Source: Priapulus caudatus
Taxonomy: Eukaryota
Reading direction: 5' to 3'
NCBI RefSeq assembly: GCF_000485595.1
Contig: NW_014577088.1
Coordinates: 514,988 to 577,814, forward strand
DNA: 62,827 nt
Shown here: positions 1-14,567 of the stretch, piece after piece
Layout: the number at the start of each line of letters is the position of its first letter
Numbering within the stretch: position 1 is the stretch's first letter
Notes under the pieces: generated by a model
Told to the model about the DNA's origin: nothing
The model's input: only the letters and a program-made list of their open reading frames with translations
Database searches by the model: none
Program-made: the position numbers and the translations under genes

Positions 1-3000
1 TTTAGGTTGTGTTGTTAGTGTGTTAGGACGTGGGTAGGGGTTAGCGGACAGACTTCTGTACTGGTTACAACAATATCTGGTACACTTTGTGGTATACATA
101 TTATGTACTCGGGGTACATATCTGTAGTAACCCTCGATACGACAACGGACCCTTGACGGCCCTTACTGCAGCGTAATTCTGAAAGCCTTCACTTGAGCTC
201 ACTGGAGTCACTGGAAGTGTAATTCACTTCCCCATTGGTATCCGGTTCCTGCTTTCTAGTGCCACTTTAAGTGGACCTTTGCGTGGCGGTTAAAACAGGA
301 TATAGAATGCTTTGCTAAATGCCAATTCGGCTTATTTTCACCTAAGTCTGATGTTTCGCGCATAAGTTGCCGTATAAACGCGTGTTAATTAAATCATTTC
401 AATAATGCTTCAAACGATCATTCTAGGACTGGATGAACAATATGGAACTTGTGACCAAGAGCCCGCGCGCATGAATTGCCTTCCTCTCTGATTAAACCAC
501 CACCACACGCCCACACACGCACGGCACGCACGCACGCACGCACCGGCGCGCACGGCACGCACAAGCACCATTACGCACACCACACACACACACCACACAC
601 ACCCCCAACACCACACATGCACAGACGAGAACAGACCACACAACCACAACACACACCCACGGCGACGCACGGGCACGCACGCACGGCGGCGGGCGCATCC
701 CCCCCCCCCCACACACAACACAACACAAACGCACACCTACACCCAAGCCATCACACCAGCAAGATACCACACACACCTCAACACACACACCACACAAAGC
801 ACACACAACACCGACAAACACACATTTTTGGATAGAAAATAAAAAAACGGCCGAAGTATTAAGAAACCGGATGGTTATCTCTCAGGCATTCAGGAGAGAG
901 AGAAGATAGGGAAGGGAGAGGGAAGAGAAAGTTAGGGGAAGAAGAGAGGGCGGGAAAGAGAGAGGGGCGATGAAGGAGCGGAGAGAGACCAAAGGGACGA
1001 GAGAAAGGGCAGGACGGAGAGAGCGAGGAGAGAGCGGGAGAAGAGGAGAGGAGGCGGGGGAAGGCCCCAGATTGAGACAGAAAGCAAGAGCGATGGCAGT
1101 GAGGGTTGCCAGGGAGAGAAGAGAGAGAGAGAGCGAGAGAGGGAAAAGAATTCCGGAGAGAGAGAGAGAGAGAGAGAGAGCAGGAACGAGAGAGCAGGAA
1201 CGAGAGAGAAAGATAAAAAAGCGAGAGCAGGGTTGATACCTTATACTACTTACTATTATAATACTTATTACTACTTACACCGCAAAAAGAGTATATGAAA
1301 ATATTTGCGTTTCTCAACATACAAAACGAACTAATGAGTACATAGGTAATGATGTCGTTGTTGGCGTATAATTTTCTGGAACATAACTCTCGCTAAATGC
1401 TCTGTACCCTCTGCAGTATTCAGTAGTTGCTCGTGTAATCGGGTCTCGCATTTGGCAAGCCAAAATAAATCGTCACTGCAATTGCGTATATTATATTGTA
1501 CGCTGCAACAGAAAAACGAGGTTTTGCCTCCGCACAAAACCAATCATTACATCATATAGATCCCGACGAATAGTTAACTATTTACATTCAACGGTTTATA
1601 CGTAGATATGTAGATATAGCACTAAGCACATGTTGCGCTATTGTTAGCCGCAAATGGATCGGCAGGGAAACGTGAACTGATCGATAATTCACTCGACTTA
1701 TGACATTTATCAGATTATACCTAATATTAATTCTTGAAATATGTGAAGGTCAAGTTAACATGAGCGATAATATGAATGGGGGGAGGGGGTGTCATAGCAC
1801 AAATTAGTATAAATTTTGCGCAATGAATCAGATGCGCATGATGCATAGGATATAAGTTGATTGACACACAGCTTGGTTATTGTCGTGGTTGGTGAATTAT
1901 CTAAGACACGGACGGTCACGGACAGTAATCCATGACTAGATGCCATGGAAAATAACTGCTACCCAGACTCATCAAGTTAATACTGACTATAGTGCGCAGT
2001 GTTTATTACGGTTGGTTATCTGTGCGTACGGTAAAACACAACTGTTCCACAGGGTATGATTTCACCACTGCGCAGGTCTACTGCACAGTCATACCTGATG
2101 TCCGGCTTGATAAACAAGAATGAAACAAACAGCGAGGCATTGGCCTGGCTGGCCAGCCTGGATTAGCAAGTTGCCTGGCCTGTATTTAATAATTTTTAAA
2201 TGACGTCAATCATTCGACAAATTAACAAGAATCATTTCCCAACCGCGAAGATCAAAATGATCAAGGACACCAACCTTCGGAAGTTTCGTCCTTTCAAGAT
2301 ATTTTGTGTTTAAACATTCTCATTATCTGCTCTTTCTTCTCATGTACTTGGCTCACAAGGCAATGTATACGCACGTGAATAAGACACTTGTGTTGATCCT
2401 CTGCATGGCCTTCATTGGCTGCAAGCCGAGACGACCAGAGAGTTCACATTAACGTCATTGCTGACGTAACGTCCACTGAACGTCAAGCCACCGGATAGAA
2501 GTTATAGGGTTGGCATACTCGCAAGCAGCAATTAATTATATCTTATGACGTTGGTGGCCACCATCAAACAATAACGCGAAGATAATAGATTAACCAATAC
2601 CGGGTAAATGGGAAAAACCCTCATATGTGCACACTTATGCGTGCCATTATGTGAGTTTTATCGCGCAAGTTTCAGTACGTTGACCGCCGGTGGTATTTAC
2701 AAAATTATTTAAATTAATTAAAACATAAATTGAAAACTCAAAACATTCCACTCAGTACGGAGTAAATAATTACACAACAAGAAGAATAGCGGGCAGCGAG
2801 GGGAAACACAAACACAACCAGTCTTAAACTCGCTGAAAAGGATAATGTACATCGTTGTAAATCTGCCTTTGTGTGTGTTCGAAACAACACCTCCACTTTT
2901 GCGGATGGATTTACTCATCAGCTATATTACAACGCCAGCTTAGTTTAGTCCAGCACTTGTTCGATGTTTATATATTTATCTAATCTATACGTTTGTGGAT

Positions 3001-3081
3001 GTGTATACGTTGGCGTGTCTGTCTTCTGTCTGTCTACCTATGCGTGTGCGTGCGTGCGTGCGCGCGTATGTATGTTTGTGT

Positions 3082-3122
<41 letters not shown>

Positions 3123-3143
3123 AGAGAGAGAGAGAGAGAGAGA

Positions 3144-3216
<73 letters not shown>

Positions 3217-4008
3217 NNNNNNNNNNNNNNNNNNNNNNNNNNNNNNNNNNNNNNNNNNNNNNNNNNNNNNNNNNNNNNNNNNNNNNNNNNNNNNNNNNNN
3301 NNNNNNNNNNNNNNNNNNNNNNNNNNNNNNNNNNNNNNNNNNNNNNNNNNNNNNNNNNNNNNNNNNNNNNNNNNNNNNNNNNNNNNNNNNNNNNNNNNNN
3401 NNNNNNNNNNNNNNNNNNNNNNNNNNNNNNNNNNNNNNNNNNNNNNNNNNNNNNNNNNNNNNNNNNNNNNNNNNNNNNNNNNNNNNNNNNNNNNNNNNNN
3501 NNNNNNNNNNNNNNNNNNNNNNNNNNNNNNNNNNNNNNNNNNNNNNNNNNNNNNNNNNNNNNNNNNNNNNNNNNNNNNNNNNNNNNNNNNNNNNNNNNNN
3601 NNNNNNNNNNNNNNNNNNNNNNNNNNNNNNNNNNNNNNNNNNNNNNNNNNNNNNNNNNNNNNNNNNNNNNNNNNNNNNNNNNNNNNNNNNNNNNNNNNNN
3701 NNNNNNNNNNNNNNNNNNNNNNNNNNNNNNNNNNNNNNNNNNNNNNNNNNNNNNNNNNNNNNNNNNNNNNNNNNNNNNNNNNNNNNNNNNNNNNNNNNNN
3801 NNNNNNNNNNNNNNNNNNNNNNNNNNNNNNNNNNNNNNNNNNNNNNNNNNNNNNNNNNNNNNNNNNNNNNNNNNNNNNNNNNNNNNNNNNNNNNNNNNNN
3901 NNNNNNNNNNNNNNNNNNNNNNNNNNNNNNNNNNNNNNNNNNNNNNNNNNNNNNNNNNNNNNNNNNNNNNNNNNNNNNNNNNNNNNNNNNNNNNNNNNNN
4001 NNNNNNNN
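3217..4008. other. Assembly gap (N run) next to a (GA)n microsatellite
   Basis: Run of N. Confidence 0.99.
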
Positions 4009-6740
4009 TTAACCAAACCGATATTCATTTAAGGGGCAAATTATCCATAATTATAAATGAAACATAATGTCGTTTATAAGAAGTACAATCCTTTTGCTTA
4101 AATTAATACAAAGAAACACCTCGGTCTGTACCCTGCTGGAAAGTGGTTGTGCGAAACTTATCAAATAGTGGCGCTTGAGTGCCCACCGTCGTTGTATTAA
4201 ACTCTAGTCGTAGTTTTAACACGTTTTTCAAACATGTTTCTGAAATGGGATTAAACCATGAAACTTTTTATGTACGTAATTATAACCTAATTACTGAAAA
4301 TAACCCTATAACCTAGAGTAAACTCTACGCCTTTAACATTGCGTTATTTATATTGCCTCACTGCGCATGCGTTTATTACCACGCTGGGCTCTGTATTTCA
4401 CGCACTGACGGGCTGGTCATTGTCTCATGCACAGACGGGCTGGTGTCTGTGTCTCATGTACAGACGGGCTGGTGTCTGTGTCTCATGTACAGACGGGCTG
4501 GTGTCTGTGTCTCATGTACAGATGTACTTGTGTCAACAACAACAAATGAGGTGGTATAGACGGGGTGGGAACTGTTTGGCAGACAGTTGTATTCCTGAGA
4601 TAAAACAGACGGTTCTCATGCATCTAAACTAAACCGAAAGCGTAGTTGTACATCATTATTGCAATCTACGCATTTGTCCAGCACGTTAAAGTCAAGCATA
4701 GCAAAATCACACGAACGATGGACCATTCATGGTATCAAGCGAGACACAACGCTAGCGCTAACATTCATAATCCTCCTCCCCCCCCCACCACCACCACCAC
4801 ATTGCTATCAATAAAAAATTCAAGCGGCACGCACAGATACCGATTTCTGGTCATGTGGCCTTCTACTGAAAAAATAAGTTGAATGCCACTACGCTACACA
4901 AATATTCTTACAAGTGCTGATGTACAGACGTGACAACTGGTCGTCATTGCAGAGCATATATACGCATTGAACCGTTAGTCTGATACCTCCTCTTCCTCTT
5001 AGCAAGTCACTTCCTCTTCCTATACATGTGGCACGCCTGCAGACATGGCTGTTTCCGTTGAACCGAACTGCACATATAACCAATACGGCACGCAAAAAAC
5101 GTGTCCACGTGTCGTGATATCAGTTTTGGTAGTTTTGAGTTTGTTTCTAGCTTGTCGCTTGTCGTGATGCTTTGTGAATAGTGTGTCTTTTACTGCCACC
5201 GGTGGAGTATGGCGGGCCACGCTCGTTTGTATACTGCTAGGGATGGTTTGTAACAGACGGTGTGCGTTTGTGTTGCCAGTCATTATATATGCAAATGACG
5301 ATATGATGATTTGCGATCGGCGACGTGAGTTTGTGTATACTACTGCATGGTAGTTTCCGATTGAGTGCGTGAGTTTGTGTCAGCTGATCATTCTGGATTG
5401 ACAACTGAGATACGTGACTGACTGTAACAATTAGTGTTGTTGGTATCAGTCAAAACACAACGGTCTGTACACCTTGTTCATTGATGTTGTCTGTCGTCAC
5501 TATATATATTGTCAAGAGCGTATAAAGAAATTGGTATGATAGCTATATCTAGCATCACAAACAGCCACCATCGAATATATAAAAATAACTACCATTGCTG
5601 GCAACGGAAGTATCGACTTTTTATTATCTTATATTATTAAAATAGATTAAACCATCTGCTTGGATTTAACCCGAATGATACCCGACTTCTGCTTGAATGG
5701 ATGAGTCGGTTAGGAACGACGAGTAGTCAAGTTAGCACGATTGCCGTTTTTATAACTATCCGCGCAACGTACACTCACGATCTTTACGTTTTCTTGCACC
5801 GCGAGGCCTATTGAAATTAACTAGCTTTTATCGCTTCTAGCGCGAGAATTATGGTAGGTTTTATTCAAATGCACCTCAACCCCCCGAGCAGTTTGCAAAC
5901 ATTTAACACGTTTCACGTACGGGAAGATTCGGGTGCAATTACCGTTCCTACCAAGCGTCTATTATAGGGATATGGTTCGATCACTCTTACGCTCAGTATC
6001 ACAGCTCACGATCTAATTTGCTTTCTCTGAAACCAAGACTTAATTGATTTGAACCAATTTAAACTTTGTTGTTTCTTAGCCATAGGTAGCTTAATTTCTC
6101 GTTGTTACGGGTAGAACGTTAATATCCTATCAGTTTGTTAAAAACGTATTACGTGGAAAGCTATAAATGAGCCCGTGGAACAGGCACGTTTTATAATAAT
6201 TCTCTATCTATCGCCGGTAGATAATTAACATTACTTGTTTACAGTTCATGCACCTGCTTAGGTTGTGTTAATTGTTTACAACTGTATGTAGTATACCGAT
6301 AAGCTCCGTGTAAGTTACCGGCAATAACCGATATAGTGTAGTAATTCAGCGCAACGTGAGGATTGGATGGTTATTACATAACAGTATTCATATACATATA
6401 ACCCCACTGTGTGTGCGTGCTTGGGCATGCAAGTGCGCATGCGCGCGTAAATTTCCCCCCTATGCACGTCCGGCCCGCAGCGGGTTATTCAATGCCCGCA
6501 GCGGGTTATTCAATTGCTCGGTGTCAACATCTACATAGTTTTTAATAGGGGAACAAGTTAGACGGTAGCACAGTCGACAATGTTTACGTGTGGCGGCTTT
6601 CGTTCTAGAGTGTGTACGCGTGTGTGTTCAGTGGCGCGCAGGCGAAGGTGTGGCGTAGAGGAGCCTAGCCCGCCTAGCCCGCGGTAGTCTTTCCACCGCC
6701 AACTGCAAGTGTGGACTTTATACCTGTTTAGTTATTCGTC

Positions 6741-7653
6741 ATGGACATGATGGAGAGAGGTCTCCGGAAGCTGACAACGTTAGGTGAGTTATAGTCCCAC
6801 TAACTCTGACCTCGCTGATATGTGCGAGTGATCACCCCCCCCCCCGCGCAAGAGAAATTCTGACAGAGAATCATGTGACAGCTACAAGGAAGACATACTT
6901 ACTATTTGTTCTATGTTCAGTACTGTTCATACGAGGCGCAGTAGCAGGGGTAATCACCCCCTCCCCCTAATGCTACATTTAGTTACACTCCTGTAGAAAA
7001 GGCTCTTTCTCCAGAGCCGTAACAACTCCACTTTCCATCGTCTAGTCTCTCCGTGGTTGCTGTTGCTTTCGTCTCTGCGACTCCCACGTCCCCAAACAAC
7101 AATGGGCCTTGCCACAAATACCGATCCCAAACACTCTATCCTCACCGAACTGCGCGTCCCGCCTCTTATACACTGATCGTAACCCAATCCACATGATTCC
7201 TGTAAGTACCTGACGACTGCTAGGGGATATTATCAGTGTATAGGCCTACGTATAAAATAGATATCTATATATATATAGAGAGAGAGATCGATATATTGAT
7301 ACATATAACTGATATAATATATATATATCGATAAATAAATATAGTCTATATTATACATTCTTGATGACTGATAATATGATTAATATAGACGTGTACGAGG
7401 CCATATAACATTCGTTATCAGGTATAGGTAGTCAGGAATCACTGCGCATGTTACGCGTGTCCGTGACTATATATACGGACACGTACGGTATGCGCTGATG
7501 GAATGATTACGCGCGTGCGTGCGTGCGTGCGTGTGTGTGTGTGCACATTATGCTCCACGCATGTCTACAACGAAACAGTCACCTTCTCAGCTCGAAAACA
7601 TGTTTGCCAGCCTCACGAATGTGACGGCATCGGCTCTTGTGCAACAGCAACAT

Positions 7654-7691
<38 letters not shown>

Positions 7692-7692
7692 T

Positions 7693-7739
<47 letters not shown>

Positions 7740-8323
7740 ACAGCAGCAGCAGCAGCAGTAGCAATAGTAGTAATAGTAGTAGTCACAGTAGCAGCAGTAG
7801 TAGTAGTAGCAACAACAGCAGCAGCAGAAGCAGCAGCAGTAATAGCAGCAGCAGCAGTAGCAGTTATTATTAGTAGTAACATTAGCATCAGCATCATCAT
7901 CAGCAGCAGCAGTAGCAGCAGCAGTGTAGTAGTAGTAGTAGCAGCAGTAGTAGTAGTGGCAGCATCAGAATCATCATTATCAACAACAACAGCAACTCTA
8001 ACAACAACAGCGACAGCAGCAGCAGCAGCAGCAGCAACAACAACAACAACCGCAGCAGCAGCAGCAACAACAATAACAGCAGCTGAAGCTGCAGCAGTAA
8101 CAACAACAACATCAGCAGTAACAGCAGCAACAGCAGTAGCAGCAAACGAGGCAACAGCAACAACAATAACAACAACAACAACAACAACAGCAGCAGCAGC
8201 AGAAACAGTAGTTGCAGTAGTAGTAACAGTAGTTGCAGTAGTAGTAACAGCAGCAGCAACAACAACAGCAGCAGAACCACCACTACGAGCAGCACCAGCA
8301 CCAGCACCAGTCACAGCAGCAGA

Positions 8324-8379
<56 letters not shown>

Positions 8380-10839
8380 TCACAGCAGCAGAAACAGCAG
8401 CATCAGCAGCAGCAGCAGCAGCAGCAGCAACAGTCATCGTGGATGCTGTGTGAGCTGGCAGACACTGTGCACGGCAAGCGGCGACATCGGCAGCGCGAAT
8501 CCGTGAAGCTCGGGCGAGATGCTAAGCGCATACGCCCAATGATCAATGACGTGCTGTATATCTGTGTTCGTTCGCAGAGCGGCGTGCGAGACATGACCTG
8601 AAGAAGGCACGCAAGCGCAGCAACCTGCTGTTGAGTAGAGGAGTCATGATGCTAGAGGACGAAAAGCCTATCGTCGCAGGCGTGCTCGTGCGCGCGGCAA
8701 GCCTCGGAGCGCTAGTAGAAACATGCGTGCTCTCCTTTGGTAAGTTAATCGTCGATTCATCCATATGTTTTCGTTCACGAATTCGCCAGTTTGTTCATTT
8801 CGCCGTGCTTCCACTTATCTCGCCCCGTCGGTTACGCGTTTCGCCACGTTCACGGGTTAGTGACTTCGTCCGTCAGTCCGACCGTCCGTTCGACCGTCCG
8901 TCCGTACGACAGTTCGTCCGTCCAACCGTCCGTTCGACCGTCCATCCGTCCCACTGACGTCCGTCCGACCGTCCGTCTGTCCGACCGTCCGTCCGTCGGC
9001 CCCCCATCCTTCCACCCGCCCGTCCGTCCGTATCTCTCTGCCCATCCATCCATCTACCCATAGATTTATCTCTCAAACATACATAAGAAAATACGAGAGG
9101 GAAAGCGTGAACGGGAGAGAGACTGGGGCATGCGTGTGTGAGTGGTAAACCAATTTGATCCAGTATATTATTTACGGTAAAACTTTTATCTAACAAAGGT
9201 TTCACAATACGTACGTAGTGTGTAGCTCGCGTATGAAGGAGAGATGCTTACGAGTATGGCAGGCGAGGTGGGACACAAATGGTAGGCCTATTTGTTGACA
9301 GTCACAAATTCGAATTAATGTCTATCAAATATTCTATTTAGTGACTATCATATATCCCATTTAGTGACAGTCATTAAATCAACCAATCAGATACAACTTA
9401 TTTATTCTCAACCAATCATAGGCATGGAATTATGAACAAACACTAAACGATTTAATGATAGACACTAAATACCATTTGTGTCCCACCTCGCCTGCCATAT
9501 TTAGTGACAGTCATTAAATCAGCTAATCATATACAACTTATTTTTTCTCAGCCAATCATAGGCATGGAATTATGGACAAACACTAAATAATTTAATGATA
9601 GACACTGAATACCATTTGTGTCCCACCTCGCCTGCCATATTTAGTGACAGTCATTAAATCAGCTAATCATATACAACTTATTTTTTCTCAGCCAATGATA
9701 GGCATGGAATTATGGACAAACACTAAATAATTTAATGATAGACACTGAATACCATTTGTGTCCCACCTCGCCTGCCATATACGAGAGCTGCTTGTGTTTA
9801 CAATCTCTTGAACATTCCTGGAGTCGGTTACCACGTCAGCTATTACGACGTTACCACGTCTTACCCTGCGCGCAGCTATTACGTTATTACGGATTTTATC
9901 ACTTCTCGAAAATGTGACACTCCTATTTTGAGTTTGTCCACTTACATCCGCAAGTAAAATGTGCTGTTAGTATGATGAGTCGCCCCCTCTCACTACTCTC
10001 ACTCTCGCTGTCACTCTCACTTTCACTCCCCCGAAACTCTCTATTTGGCACGGGCGTTTTATCCAGCTATTTAATTCTTTCTCTTCATATTACTCTATAC
10101 GTTCTCACTCCTTATTTCTGTCTGACGTCTGTCGGCATGTAGCAATACTACATGATGGCTAAGCCGGGCGTCTGGAGAGAGCATGTAAAGTACAGCGACA
10201 AAGTACGAGCATTAATGAGGATTTCCTGTTTCTCTACAGACTAGAGGGATGCAGATACAGGATGAGCAATCAATACACGTTGCCTAGTCGCGCGGTCAAT
10301 TCAATGGCTCTCAAATTAATATCATCTTATTCGTTCTTGGGTAGACCGCCTTGCAAACTAATATCAAACTGCTCTGATTGTGTTCGTGGTCGAAGAGACG
10401 AGCCATATTTTACAGGGAGCTACTGAATGTACACAGCGTCAACTAACCGTCCATAATACGTTTATCATGCCCTTGGTAAAAGCGAACGGATGCACAGCGT
10501 CGTATTGGACTACCGTTATGTATATACTTATATAGACTCGTACTTATAGACCAACTCACTTGTGTATTTGTTTCATAACATTGTTACCATTGACTCGATG
10601 AATAATGATTGTGGTTCTGCGGCCTGTAGTATACTTATGATATTAATACTCTCAATAATAGAAGCAGCAATTGATCCACAGGTCGGATTGTGTCAACCAC
10701 TCATCAACAGTGTTGTCGTTGTTGACGGCATTAATACTTACCACCGTCAGCGTCGTGTGCACAACTGTAATATCACTGCGTGACAGAGTACTAATCATAA
10801 TTACATCGTCGTTTCTGCGGTCCAAGCAGTCAAATGCAA

Positions 10840-10912
<73 letters not shown>

Positions 10913-13412
10913 ATGAGGGTGGGGGGGTGCTCAACCCTCTAGTTGAGAGCTGCTCTTCATTGTCATCATTTATGGACTTTAATAATTTTCTATAGTACTA
11001 CTTTCACCCATCTCAGCGCGCAGCCAAGCCTATTGTTGTGTTTACTGACGACCATGCCCATCCGCCCATTGACTTTAATACGCATTGTCACAATTGACCA
11101 TTGGCACATCGCCACCAATTGCCTTTTCCAATCGTCACCATTGACCATTACCATCGGCAAAATTGACTAGCAGAGTACAGGTTTAAGTATTGTTACCAGC
11201 AAGTAGTTGTAATTATTGATCAGTCTGAATTCATCTGTCCATCGGCCACTAAGTAACCATTGCCAATCACCCTTACTAAACCTATTGCCATCACTACTAC
11301 AACGCATTGCCATCGCCAAATGATCATGCCATCGCCACTACAACCATTGCCATCAACCACCATTAACCATTGCTATCGCCCACTACTAACGATTCGCCAT
11401 CACCGACTTACTAACATCTGGGCCATCGCACAATCGATCATTGCCATGGCGACTACTAACCATTGCCATCACCACTACTGAACCATTGGCCATCGCTACA
11501 ATTGATCATTGCCTATCACCAACTAACTAATTCAATTGGGCTCATCGCCACCTACTAACGCATTGCATCGCCAACGAATTGGATCCACCGCATTACCACT
11601 ATAACCATTGCCATCGCCACTACTATCCATTGCCATCACCACTGACTAAACAATAGCCATACGCCACAATTGATCATTGCCATCACCACAATTGTCATTG
11701 CCAATCGCCACTATTAACCATTGCCATCGCCACAATTGATCATTGCCATCACCACTACTAACCATTGCCATCGCCACTACTAACCATTGCCATCGCCACA
11801 ATTGATCATTGCCATCGCCACTACTAACCATTGCCATCGCCACAATTGATCATTGCCATCACCACTACTAACCATTGCCATCGCCACAATTGATCATTGC
11901 CATCGCCACTACTAACCATTGCCATCACCACTACTAACCATTGCCATCGCCACAATTGATCATTGCCATCACCACTACTAACAATTGCTATCGCCACAAT
12001 TGATCATTGCCATCACCACTACTAACCATTGCCATCACCACTACTAACCATTGTCATCGCCACTACTAACCATTGCGATCGCCACAATTGATCATTGCCA
12101 TCGCCACAATTGATCATTGCCATCGCCACTACTAACCATTGCCATCGCCACTATTAACCATTGTTATCGCCACAATTGATCACCGCCATCGCCACCATTG
12201 ACATCGAAGTAGAGGTTTAGGTGCACGGGAATGGACGTCGCATCGTTGCAGATATGAACGGAAAGCTGCTGGACGGCTCACAGTTTCCGGCCGTGCTGCT
12301 GCTCATGCACCAGTGGTTCGCGACGTCGGTGGTGCTAGCCGGTGAGTTCCACAAACTGTACAGCGAGGCGCTCAAGCACGCCAGCTGCGAGCCCGCCTGC
12401 CTGCACAAAGACAGCGACCCGCAGTGCGGCCGACAGCAATTCAAGATGAAGCTCTGTCACGCCGTCAGGTACGTAAACACGTGAACGCAGAGACGCGAGA
12501 AGCGGCAGAGGCGGTAAGCGCGCGAAGTTACAGCGAAATCATTGCATGTGGGTCACTGAATGGATCCCTCAAACGTGTCCCTCATAGATAGGTATCCGTT
12601 CTTTACACCACTGTACTATTTTTCGCCGTACTGTAACTGTATGGGTTTTTATGTATAACTGCCTTTCGAAGAATACGCCAATAATGTCCTTTGTAGACAG
12701 GTGGCCGTTCTATCGAGGTGTCTGGTAATGCAAGTTTGACCGTATATGGATAATAGACGATATTTTCTTCACCCTTACGTCATACTCACGAAGGTTTCCG
12801 CGCTTTAATTGCTTCACGTAGATGTTATAGTAATTACAATAACGTTCGTCTGTCGCGTACGTTTATTTGCTTCGTATCTGTAGCGCGATACCGGCCATGA
12901 ACGTCAGCGCCATTATTCAGCCGGCACATTGCTTTGTGCGTCGTAGTGAAACCCCATCTCACCTAATACTATTATCCGTAGAAGAAGGCTTAATACCTAT
13001 GGCCTTACTTATACTTATACTTATACTTATACTTATACTTATTAACGAATGGCCTTTGTCATAGTAAATAGACACGCATACAGTCTGCATACTCGACTTA
13101 CTCATACAGATACTGGATCAGGAGATATCCTCACCACTTCGACCTTGATAGGCGGCTTGCCGAGGTTGTCAACAACCTGAGAAAACAGATTGAGTCTGAG
13201 CAGAACACTGAACTACTGCAATTGCTAGACTTATCCACGGTGTAAGTCTTCACTAAGCTGATGGCAAGAATGCGTACCTGTGGATGAGTATATTGAAGGG
13301 GGCAGGGTATAAGGGAAGTACATTTAAGGGGGTGAAAGAGGAGTCAGACTGAGGCAGACGTGGAGAGCTAAGATAATGAATCAGTCGCAGATGAATGGTG
13401 TGTGTGTATGTG

Positions 13413-13444
<32 letters not shown>

Positions 13445-14528
13445 TGTGTGTGTGTGGACAGAAGGCAAGAAGGTACACTTGAGAAAATGAGACTTGGCGA
13501 ATTAGACAGATAGTAAACTGAGCAGAACGTGAGATCAGAATGAGGTATCGTGGTGGCAGATATCGTATCTGCTCCTATTAGTGCCTCCACATATATCGTA
13601 CGTGATTCGCAGCGAGTGTCTACTTTGACATCGCAGGCCATCGTTTGACTGGATGAGAAACATGTCGGTGCGACACAACATGAGGAATCACCCCCGCAAG
13701 GTGTCACTGGTGTTCAACCACCTGGACGCTGCCGAGCTGGCCGACCACCTGTCCTACTTGGAGTATAAAGCCATCAGGCGCATATCTGTGAGTCTCTGCG
13801 TCACATAGGCAGTACACTACACAGCCCAATGAAAGTGATCAGGCATTATACTGGCCATTGAGCAGAAAGTGACGTCAGATAAATGACGTTCTAGTGGATG
13901 AGGTTCGTGTTGTATTACTCGATGGACTGTAAAAAGACAAGGCAATCCCATTGCGTTTTCTCCTTGCCGCCGAGAGACAGTAAGCTTACGCGCACATTGC
14001 GAAGACAATGAATGATTTTCAGCGCTTTAGCGATGCTTCTCTACCTAGAAGTTCTGTAGAATTTCATCGTAGCAATCATTCCTTATAGCGGCGAATGCTC
14101 AGCGTTTCACGCACGCCTCGCTGCGTAGTTTTCAGATTACCAAGATTATGCTGTTCAGGGAACCATACGGAACAATCCACGACTCGAGAGATCGATCGCG
14201 CTGTTCAACAGCTTGTCGCAGTGGCTGCAATGCATGATCCTCAGTCGCACCAACCCCGAGCAGCGCGCCCAAGTCATGGTGAAATTCATCAACGTTGCAA
14301 AGGTTTGTCGATTATCTCTGGTCGGCTCACTCCACGTAACATTCACCCGTGATTACATCTGTATATAGCTTACGGTTGCTGATTCATCCTGAGCTGGAGC
14401 GATGTTATCTCTGTACTCTATGACGGAGATAATATGTTGGCAATATTTTTACCTGCTTGTTTGCTGACGCAATACTTACGGGCATATTATTAATGGTAGA
14501 CCAAGCTCGGCTATTGTAGTTATTACTA

Positions 14529-14567
<39 letters not shown>

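Noticed and set aside
410..1236. CV-, HT- and ER-rich ORFs
   Set aside because: Degenerate CA and GA microsatellites in noisy sequence.
1331..2918. Possible minus-strand exons of a neighbouring gene
   Set aside because: No recognisable protein motif or consistent splice chain.
2964..4067. Long ORFs over 300 aa
   Set aside because: They span an N gap and a (GA)n repeat.
7503..8453. Poly-Ala/Thr, poly-Gln and poly-Ser ORFs
   Set aside because: They are translations of an intronic trinucleotide tract; RASGRP exons 1 and 2 splice in frame across it.
11250..12200. Regular repeat array resembling a CRISPR array
   Set aside because: No unique spacers and a eukaryotic intronic context; it is a minisatellite.
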